A DNA stretch of 64,000 bases from a virus (taxonomy: Duplodnaviria; Heunggongvirae; Uroviricota; Caudoviricetes), in IMG/VR virus record IMGVR_UViG_3300027747_001395; one strand, given 5' to 3'. Numbering within the stretch: the stretch's first letter is position 1; every line of letters begins with the position of its first letter. Below the pieces are notes generated by a model. The model ran no database searches and was not told where the DNA came from. It was given only the letters and a program-made list of their open reading frames with translations. Of this stretch, positions 55,551-63,700 are shown one piece after another. Both the position numbers and the translations under genes were made by a program.

Positions 55551-56156
55551 ATGGTAAAACAAAGATTCAAAGAGTTTATAGGTTCTGGTACACTTACAAT
55601 CTTCGATATTGATGAGACCCTCTTCCATACAAAGGCTAAAGTCGGTGTGGTTAAGGACGGCAAAGTCATACGAAAATTAGATAACCAAGAATTTAACACA
55701 TACGAGCGTAAACCTGGGGAAACCTATGACTTCGGCGAATTTCGATCCGCCGAAGTTTTTCGTAGAACTTCGGTCCCAGTAGTTCGGATGATTGAAAAGG
55801 CTAAGGCAGTTGTCAAAGCTAAAAACAATCCACACAGCCGTGCTATTATCTGTACTGCCCGTGCTGACTTTGATGACAAGCATATGTTTCTTCAGACGTT
55901 CCGTGATCATGGAATTCCAATTGATGATATGCACGTCGAGCGTGCTGGTAATCTTGGTCTTGATTCAAGTGCTGAAGCCAAGAAGGTTATATTTCGTCGT
56001 TATATAAATACTAAAAATTATACTAAACTCCGTCTATATGATGATGCAATGAGTAATCTAACTGCATTTCTGGATCTTGAAGATGAATATCCACATGTCA
56101 AGTTTGAAGCTTATTTTGTGAAGCCAGACGGCTCTACCAAGGTTATTAAACGATGA
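55551..56156 (+). CDS. HAD-superfamily phosphatase (polynucleotide 3'-phosphatase-like)
   Basis: FDIDETL, CTAR, YDDA; N-terminus QRFKEFI. Confidence 0.8.
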   Translation: MVKQRFKEFIGSGTLTIFDIDETLFHTKAKVGVVKDGKVIRKLDNQEFNTYERKPGETYDFGEFRSAEVFRRTSVPVVRMIEKAKAVVKAKNNPHSRAIICTARADFDDKHMFLQTFRDHGIPIDDMHVERAGNLGLDSSAEAKKVIFRRYINTKNYTKLRLYDDAMSNLTAFLDLEDEYPHVKFEAYFVKPDGSTKVIKR

Positions 56157-56308
56157 AAACATTTGCTGAATTTAAAGAAGAACTGTCCATTAGAGATGCT
56201 TCTGGTAAGCCTACAAAAGTAAAGAATGTGCCTATCAGAATGGCTGATGGAACAATTAAAAATCTACCACCTGGTAAGTCTGGCTCATCTGGCGGAGGTG
56301 GTGACTGA
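56153..56308 (+). CDS. 51-aa internal-protein-like ORF with capsid-targeting N-terminus
   Basis: MKTFAEFKEE; manually read; ATGA coupling. Confidence 0.7.
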   Translation: MKTFAEFKEELSIRDASGKPTKVKNVPIRMADGTIKNLPPGKSGSSGGGGD

Positions 56309-57267
56309 TGCAACGCTTTAAATCTTTCATTACTGAGGCTTCAATTCGCCAAGGCCTTCCTCATCTCTACTCCACCAAAACAGCTGCTGGTAATGACACA
56401 CCTTCACTTTCTACCGACCAGTTCCATCATCTCACAAAAGGTGGTAAAGTTTTAATCCACCATATAACTGAAAAGACCGATGGTCAGACTTTTAAGATGG
56501 GTCATGACGAACACGGCTTTTATACTCAGCACTCTGGATCTGGTGACGAAAAGATTCGTACAGCTCAAGGTCATATTGATCGAGCCAAGCGCCGGGCACA
56601 AGAAACTGGTAAGCCATATGACCCTACCGCACCTGAAGCATTTGCTAAATTCCATGATGCTCTTCATAAGAATAAAGCATTACAAGCTCATTTAGCATCA
56701 GAATATAAGCGCACAGGTAACGAAGTTGTAGTGAAGGGTGAAGCATTTAATAATGCTCTTGCTCGCCCATCTGACACAAAGAAGGGTGAAGTCAAGTTTG
56801 TTCATACTTCATACAAGAAGCCAAGAGGTTTAGGTACATTTGTCATTCATTCAAGACTACCTGAAAATCAAGGGCATGATACGGAGCACTTCAAGAAACA
56901 TCTATCAGATTCTAATATTAACTTTGAAGATGATAAGATTGCTCACAAGCCAGGTCATGTTGATGTTGCAGATGAAGTAAAAGAGTTTCATGGACTCAAT
57001 CACGAGCTTATTAATTCACGAACCACACCAAAAAATAAAGCAGCAAAGACCGCAGAGCTTGACAAGTTTAATGCAGTCAAGAAAAAAGTTAGTGATAAAG
57101 TAACCAGACACCTCGGATCACTTGGTATTAAGAATAAATTTGGTTCTGGAACCGAAGGTCTTGTTGTTCATCCATCTGCTGCAAATCCAGAAGCACCTCG
57201 CTTCAAAGCCATCAATCCTGCTTTCAAGGAAGCAAAAGCCAAAAGTTCAAGATTCGGAGCCAAGTAA
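56308..57267 (+). CDS. Ligase-like covalent nucleotidyltransferase with capsid-targeting N-terminus
   Basis: MQRFKSFITE; TEKTDG (KxDG), KGEAF, EGLVV, FKAIN. Confidence 0.7.
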   Translation: MQRFKSFITEASIRQGLPHLYSTKTAAGNDTPSLSTDQFHHLTKGGKVLIHHITEKTDGQTFKMGHDEHGFYTQHSGSGDEKIRTAQGHIDRAKRRAQETGKPYDPTAPEAFAKFHDALHKNKALQAHLASEYKRTGNEVVVKGEAFNNALARPSDTKKGEVKFVHTSYKKPRGLGTFVIHSRLPENQGHDTEHFKKHLSDSNINFEDDKIAHKPGHVDVADEVKEFHGLNHELINSRTTPKNKAAKTAELDKFNAVKKKVSDKVTRHLGSLGIKNKFGSGTEGLVVHPSAANPEAPRFKAINPAFKEAKAKSSRFGAK

Positions 57268-59093
57268 TGCAGAGATTTAAAGCGTTTATTCTAGAGGGTG
57301 GCAACATCCGTGTCGGACCAAAAGGTCAGGAAACATCTGCTGCGGCATTTCCGGTAACTGCAGGTACTCGCCATCAGGTCCGCCATGACATTCACCATGC
57401 TTTAACAGCAATTGGTGACACATTTCATAAGGAACACGGCGAGCATCTATTCGGTCAGGATCATCAGCGCCTTCATGATGCTACTGCATATACCGGCTCT
57501 ACTCACGATCTCATGGGTCACCACGTATCACATGCTGAATTTGCAAAGCATAAACCAATGGTTGGTGACGTTGACACTCAGGTGACACCAGAACATAAAG
57601 AAAAACTAGCTACTCATCTTACACCAGGCAGAAAGTTTGGTAAGTATACAGTTGTCGGAACCAAGAAGCATGGTAATGAAATCTCTGCAGTTATGCGTCA
57701 TGAGAATGGTGAACATCATCAGTTTGATTTCCAAGGTGTAAATCACCCAGGTTCGGAAGCTTCGAGATTCTTACATGGATCAAACTGGGAAGACACAAAG
57801 GCAGGAATTAAAGGTGCTCACCACAAAATCCTTCTAAATGCGGTTGCCGGTGATACTCATAAGTTCTCAATTACACACGGTCTTCGCTCACGTACTGATG
57901 AATCTGATCCTGGTGTACAACACCCACATGAAGTTACCAAGAAGCTATTTGGTGCTAATGCCGATCATAATAATATCCATTCATTCCATGGTGTAACTCA
58001 ACTGATCAAGAAGCACATCCCTAAAGAACAGCACCAGGCAATCTACGATAAGTTTAAGGGTGCCGTATCTAAAATGAAGGGTATGGATCATGGTCCTGCT
58101 CTTGCTCATATGCGTAAGCATCTCGGTGTGGTTGATACGGTTAATGAAGCTAGAGAAGCACAAGATCCTGGTGAGAATCATGAAACGACCATAGGTCGCA
58201 AACTTGCAGCACATCGACTTATTAATAGCTTAACTGATAAGAATGAGAAAGATGTAATAAAGCATAGATATATTCATGGTCGTACATTAGAACAGACTGC
58301 TAATGTTTTAGGTCTAAGAAATAGAGAACATGCTAGACAAATTGAAGCCAAAGCTTTACGTAGTATGAGAAATAGATCAGATCTATACGATAAAGATGGT
58401 GCACGTGATTATGTAAAAGAAGCTATGAAAGATGATCCCTGCTGGACAGGTTATAAAATGATCGGCAAAAAGAAAAAGAACGGCAAGGAAGTTCCTAACT
58501 GCGTTCCTGTTCACGAGGAAGAAACACATCACGTCCACGTCTCATATCTAGGCGCTTCACCATTCCCACACATGGGACACCATACTGATATTGGCGGTTC
58601 AATGGAAGCAGCACCACACGGCAAGAAGTTTATCGGTCTATCTGGTAAGTCTGATGCATTCTCAGATAAGGAACGTGAAGATATTGCCAACAAGCAGTCA
58701 GGTGGTAAGGTTGATTTCCAAACAGTAAAGTCACCAGGTGTTACAATTGCCAAGGCTCATGCGAGTATGCCTGCTACTGGTAGAAAGGTTCTTCATCTTC
58801 ACTTTGGGCATGACCGTCAGAAGTTTGCGGAAGGTCTTAAGCACTCAGTAGAGAATGGCAAGATTCCAGAGCTTCAAGGTCACAAGTTTGACGAAGTTCA
58901 TGTTCATCTACCAAAAGATGAAAATCGTTCACATGGTCTATCAGGTACAAAGATGCGAACTGCTGCGGAATCCGGCGACCTAAATACATTTAAGAAACAT
59001 GTCGGTCCTAACTTCTCCGATAAGGAAGTTAAAGGTCTTATGGATCGAACACGTGTAGGTTTAATGGCAGGCAAGATCAAGGTAAAAAGATGA
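57267..59093 (+). CDS. Multidomain cargo protein: Pol-beta-like NTase, sigma70 region 4, Cys module, HIGH-type cytidylyltransferase-like domain
   Basis: MQRFKAFILE; GS...GDVD; LTD.NE.DVI..RY...TLEQ.A..LG..RE..RQIEAKALR; DPCW..NCVP; PHMGH, GHDR, SGTKMR. Confidence 0.75.
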   Translation: MQRFKAFILEGGNIRVGPKGQETSAAAFPVTAGTRHQVRHDIHHALTAIGDTFHKEHGEHLFGQDHQRLHDATAYTGSTHDLMGHHVSHAEFAKHKPMVGDVDTQVTPEHKEKLATHLTPGRKFGKYTVVGTKKHGNEISAVMRHENGEHHQFDFQGVNHPGSEASRFLHGSNWEDTKAGIKGAHHKILLNAVAGDTHKFSITHGLRSRTDESDPGVQHPHEVTKKLFGANADHNNIHSFHGVTQLIKKHIPKEQHQAIYDKFKGAVSKMKGMDHGPALAHMRKHLGVVDTVNEAREAQDPGENHETTIGRKLAAHRLINSLTDKNEKDVIKHRYIHGRTLEQTANVLGLRNREHARQIEAKALRSMRNRSDLYDKDGARDYVKEAMKDDPCWTGYKMIGKKKKNGKEVPNCVPVHEEETHHVHVSYLGASPFPHMGHHTDIGGSMEAAPHGKKFIGLSGKSDAFSDKEREDIANKQSGGKVDFQTVKSPGVTIAKAHASMPATGRKVLHLHFGHDRQKFAEGLKHSVENGKIPELQGHKFDEVHVHLPKDENRSHGLSGTKMRTAAESGDLNTFKKHVGPNFSDKEVKGLMDRTRVGLMAGKIKVKR

Positions 59094-59347
59094 AAACATT
59101 CTGTCAGTGGATTAAGGAAAGTTTACCAACAAATAGTACTGGTGGTGGAATCAGAGGTCTAGGTAATGTCACTGGAGTACCTGGTGGCACTATTTCTAGT
59201 TATGCCGCATTTAATGCATCTGATACTAGTGTTAGCGACGCTGTGAATGCTATGCATGCTACCACTAATAATACTGGTGATGTTAAAGATAGTAATACTG
59301 CTGACACAAAAAATAATATCTTGAAAGTAGGTAAAGGTAAGAAATAA
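59090..59347 (+). CDS. Small internal-protein-like ORF with capsid-targeting N-terminus
   Basis: MKTFCQWIKE then SLPTNSTGGGIRGLG. Confidence 0.65.
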   Translation: MKTFCQWIKESLPTNSTGGGIRGLGNVTGVPGGTISSYAAFNASDTSVSDAVNAMHATTNNTGDVKDSNTADTKNNILKVGKGKK

Positions 59348-60255
59348 TGGCACAATGGAGAATTGACCAACAGAAGAAAGTTGAACAGAACAGTAAGACA
59401 CTATATGAATTGGGGATGATTGCTACAGTAAATGGTGATCCAGTTACTAATGTGAATCCGTTCCCAGTAACACTTGGTTCCAATAATATTACAATCACTG
59501 GAAATGTTAATGTTGGAACAACTGTACAGGTGTCTAGTACTCCTGAAAATCCAATACACAGCCATATTACTGAAGTTGGTAATAGTGGTATTCTAACAGT
59601 TTCGTATATGCCTATTAGTGGTAATGTAGTAATTACATCAGGCAATCTAAATGCAAATGTTACTGGTATTGTTAACGTAGGCAACTTCCCTGCATCACAG
59701 AATGTTGTTGTAACTTCTGGTAATATAAATATTACTAGTACTGTTACTGTTATTACAACACAAGAAGCGGGTGATTTATATTCCTTTAATAATCATGCAA
59801 TAAATACGAATCGTGGTTGGACTATGGACGATACTATGCGTCCTGTTGTTAGTTTTAGAAATAATAGTGCAAGTGTTGCGGATTTAATAAAAATTATTGA
59901 ATATGAAATTGGAAACAACAACGCTAATCAAAGCACTATTGTGTATGAGTGGTATGAAGGTGATCTAACAATAACTGGAGCAGCTATACCTGCTTGGACT
60001 ACGTTTGGTGTTCACAGTCAATATCGTGTATATCAAGACAAATATTCTTCTAATCAAGGAAACACGTTTACTCCAAATGGTTCAATAATGAGACACAGTG
60101 GTATCATTATTGGTAAGAATACATCTGGTGATGAAGGCCCAAAATCAATGCATGGCGGTGGAACTCCAAATATGCTTACTTTGTGTATGAGACGTGTTGA
60201 TAACTCAACCAAACTAGACGTATGGTTTGCATTTACTATTAAGGAACTAGCATAA
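59347..60255 (+). CDS. Putative virion structural protein (beta-rich)
   Basis: Repeated GNVNV/SGNV motifs; TPENPIHSHITEVG. Confidence 0.6.
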   Translation: MAQWRIDQQKKVEQNSKTLYELGMIATVNGDPVTNVNPFPVTLGSNNITITGNVNVGTTVQVSSTPENPIHSHITEVGNSGILTVSYMPISGNVVITSGNLNANVTGIVNVGNFPASQNVVVTSGNINITSTVTVITTQEAGDLYSFNNHAINTNRGWTMDDTMRPVVSFRNNSASVADLIKIIEYEIGNNNANQSTIVYEWYEGDLTITGAAIPAWTTFGVHSQYRVYQDKYSSNQGNTFTPNGSIMRHSGIIIGKNTSGDEGPKSMHGGGTPNMLTLCMRRVDNSTKLDVWFAFTIKELA

Positions 60256-60256
60256 A

Positions 60257-60550
60257 ATGAAAACATTAAAAGCTTTTATATTAGAATGTATCTTATTAGA
60301 ACGAGGTGAGGATTCAAAAGGATATAAAAGATCCACAGAAGATGGGGCTGGGTTAACTAGAAAAGGCGCTAAAGCTGCAGGTGTTAAAACAGCTGTTACA
60401 ACACCACCAAGTAAACTAGACCCAAATGGTAAAGCAGCAAAAAGACGTAAGTCATTCTGCGCTCGTATGAGTGGTGTGCCTGGTCCAATGAAAGATGAAA
60501 AAGGTCGTCCAACTCGTAAGGCTGCATCACTAAAGCGTTGGAACTGTTAA
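60257..60550 (+). CDS. Basic internal-protein-like ORF (DUF6321-like) with capsid-targeting N-terminus
   Basis: MKTLKAFILE; GAGLT.KG, RRKSFCARM, RWNC. Confidence 0.7.
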   Translation: MKTLKAFILECILLERGEDSKGYKRSTEDGAGLTRKGAKAAGVKTAVTTPPSKLDPNGKAAKRRKSFCARMSGVPGPMKDEKGRPTRKAASLKRWNC

Positions 60551-60562
60551 AAATCTTATTTG

Positions 60563-60570
60563 TATAAATA
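60563..60570 (+). promoter_or_regulatory. Late promoter
   Basis: Intergenic TATAAATA. Confidence 0.85.
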
Positions 60571-60575
60571 TATTG

Positions 60576-60770
60576 TTAAGGCTAAGGCAAACACGTTTTT
60601 AATAACAGATAAGCCCAAGGGAAACTCTGATGGAAAGAATAATACAAGTACCAACCCGCAACACACTCATTTCTTCTCCCAAACTAGACTATGTTGTCGG
60701 AGAAATAGGTTGTCTTAGCCTTAATCAAACAAAGTTACAAGTCTCTTGATCGTTTGATCTTGGGGCTGTT
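60576..60770 (+). ncRNA. Putative structured RNA or 5' leader with pseudoknot
   Basis: 15-bp P1 (60576-60590/60710-60724), 7-bp hairpin (60724-60730/60752-60758), crossing helix (60612-60619/60759-60767). Confidence 0.6.
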
Positions 60771-60788
60771 TTAGTATTAGAGGAAGTT

Positions 60789-63700
60789 ATGGACAAAATA
60801 AACGAAATTACTGAAGGTGATTACAAATTAAAAAAGACCGGACTAGAAAAAACTATTGCTCACCCAGAAGGTAAAGCAACTTATGAAGTTCATCATAATG
60901 GACAAATTATTGGTAAAATAAAGCCATATAGTTCATATCTTGATAAGAAAAAACCTGGTTCTAGAATAGTATCAAGTCGAAAAAATATTACTAGTTATTC
61001 GTTCGATTTCAATGGTAATCATGGCCCAAGGTCTCATGAAATGGGTACTTTTGTTTATATGGGTCACTCTAATCCTAAAGTGGCACTTCAACGAATGTCT
61101 AAAGAACATCAGACATTTAAAGCAAAACAAAAGAATGAAGAAGTAAACCTAGATGAAAATATTTTAAACATTCAGCAACGTCAAAAGCGTGCTATTGAAA
61201 TGCGTAGAAATGAACCAAGAATTGAAATTGCCAGAGAACGAGCTAAGAAAAAAGTGGCGCCTGAAGCAAATATCAAGAAGCGTTCATATGCAATGGCAAG
61301 ACAACTTGTTCGTAGCAGACTTACTAATGTTTCACAAGCTGAATATGCTAAGATGGGCCCATCTGAAAAGATGGCAATTGACCGAGTTATCGAAAAGAAA
61401 GGACCTGCTATCAAGAAATTAGCAATGCGTCTAATTCCAAAAGTCAAGAAGGCTGAATATGCCCGACTTCAATCTTATATGCATGGACAGCAAATGGCTA
61501 ACCATGGAGCACCGGAAGGAAATCACGTGTCAGAATCTTTAAATAACCTGTTCCTAGAATACTTTGGTGATTCCGCACCAGGTAATAGTGGATCCACAGG
61601 TGAGCGTTCAGATAGTCCAATTAATTCTAGCGGTCGCAAGATTGCTAAATCAAATACTAAAGGTGATTCTCAGGGTAACGCCAAAGGTGGCACAAAGACT
61701 AAAGGATCTCCCATTGTCCAATATGGCAAGTTCGGTGAAGATCTAGAAGTTGATAGTCCTGTTTTTAAAGCTCTTATTAAAAAGGCTGATGCTACTAATC
61801 TTGATCTAGAGATTCTTGGTGAAGTCTATAATCGTGGGCTTGAAGCTTGGAACGAGGATTGCTCAGTATCACAACAGCAGTACGCATTTGCTCGTGTAAA
61901 CTCATATATCAATCAGGGTAGAACATACTTTAATGAAGATGCTGATTTGCACGAACTTTCAAAGTCAACACTTAAATCGTACCTAGCTAAAACTAAAGAA
62001 GGTGGAAAACAATATCCAACACCACTATCATTTAGAAAATCAATGGAGTCTCAGGGTATTGCTAAAGGTAAACTTGGACTAAAATATAAAAGACGTCCAG
62101 TACCTGATGTGAAAATTAAGGCTACAAATGAAGAAGTAGAGCTTCAAGAAGATGAAGCTCCAGCTAAGGTAGGTGACAAAGTTTATCTCAAAACAAAAGT
62201 ACACGCTAATTCCCCACATACTGGTAAAGTAAAAAAAGTTACACCTACTCATGTTCATTTAGATACTGGTCATGGAATTTATAAAGCACCTCATTCTGCT
62301 ATTACTAAAGATTATAAGCAATCTCATCTTCATGTTAACTACGGTAGTAAGAATGAAGAAGTAGAAGTAACTGAAGGTAAATTTACTGCTCATGTAAGCA
62401 AGAATGGTCGTAGTCATGGAACAGTTAAGCTTTCTGCTATTGATCGAGAAAATGCTGAATATCAGATGAAGAAGCATCCTTATTACAAGCACTTTACAGT
62501 TGATAAAGTTGTAAAAGAAGAAAATCTTGAAGAAAAAAGAGGTCTGTGGGATAACATTCATGCTAAGCAAAAAAGAATCAAAGCTGGTTCGGGTGAACGT
62601 ATGCGTAAACCAGGTTCGGAAGGAGCACCATCTAATTCTGATTTAAAAGCTGCTCAGGAATCAGTAGACTTTGAAGAATCAAAGAATACGCCATATGTAA
62701 AAGCATATTTTGAAAAAGGTCAGACAAAGCAAAATTCATGGAAAGCTATGAACAAGCATGGTCATGTCAAGCACTTTGGTCTTCCTTTTAAGAAAGCAGC
62801 TGAATTACATGCTGGTCTTTCTGAGGGAGTACAATCAGATTTTTTAGATGAAATGGCCGGAGCGAATATGGATCGCCGTGCTCTGGTCTCACACATTACA
62901 AATAAAGGATGGCAGAAGAAGGCAAGTGGTGGAAGCGGCGACCATGATGTATTCACACATCCAAAGTCTACACACCGTCTAGCAGTTCCTAGGCATAACA
63001 AGCTTAAGGCACCTTTAATTCTTGATGTGCTCAAGAAGTCCAAAATTATGGACAAGACCAATGAGGAAATAGAATCAGTAGATGAACATATAGTCAAGGT
63101 CAAGAGCGGTTACCGTCTAGTTTCTAAATCATCTGGTAAGAATCTAGGTACTTATCCTACTAAGGAGGGTGCTGAGAAACGTGAAAAGCAAGTTCAATAC
63201 TTCAAGCACCAGAACGAAGAAGTAGAACTTGATGAGGTTCTGTTAAGTTCATTTAAAAAGACTGAAAAGTTTGGCGGTAAAGATCTAGGTAAACATATCT
63301 CTACTATTGAAGGTACTAAGCATATTGGCACACTAGAAAATGGACATCATGTTTATCATAGTTATGATCCAAAAGATAAAATGCATGACTATCATGTAGT
63401 AGACCCAAAGACCAAGCGAATCAACATTCACCTTACAACCAAGCAGCAGGCGGCTCCTGGTGCTGAAGAAGTTAGTGTTCTAACTGCTAATGACAAATCA
63501 CTTGGTGCACATCATCTCTACCAGCACCTTGTGACAAAGCACAACAAGATTATCTCATCTAATGACCAGTCACCAGGTGCTAGAAGTGTATGGGCAAAAG
63601 TTGGAAAGCATAAAGGCATTCATATTCATGGATATGATCCTATCAGCAAGACAACATTTCACATGAAGCCATCTGATGATGAAGAATACATAGATAGAGA

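Noticed and set aside
60620-60700. Hammerhead (CTGATG..GAAA) or group I intron (AGACTA) motifs in the structured leader
   Set aside because: The core reads CTGATGG rather than CUGANGA, the required helices are absent, and there is no P7 partner (TAGTC).
60630-60788. 39-codon ORF in frame with the polyprotein, separated by a single TGA at 60747 (possible readthrough)
   Set aside because: The RBS is weak, the peptide has no internal-protein character, and ATG 60789 has its own RBS. One in-frame stop in 53 codons is compatible with chance.
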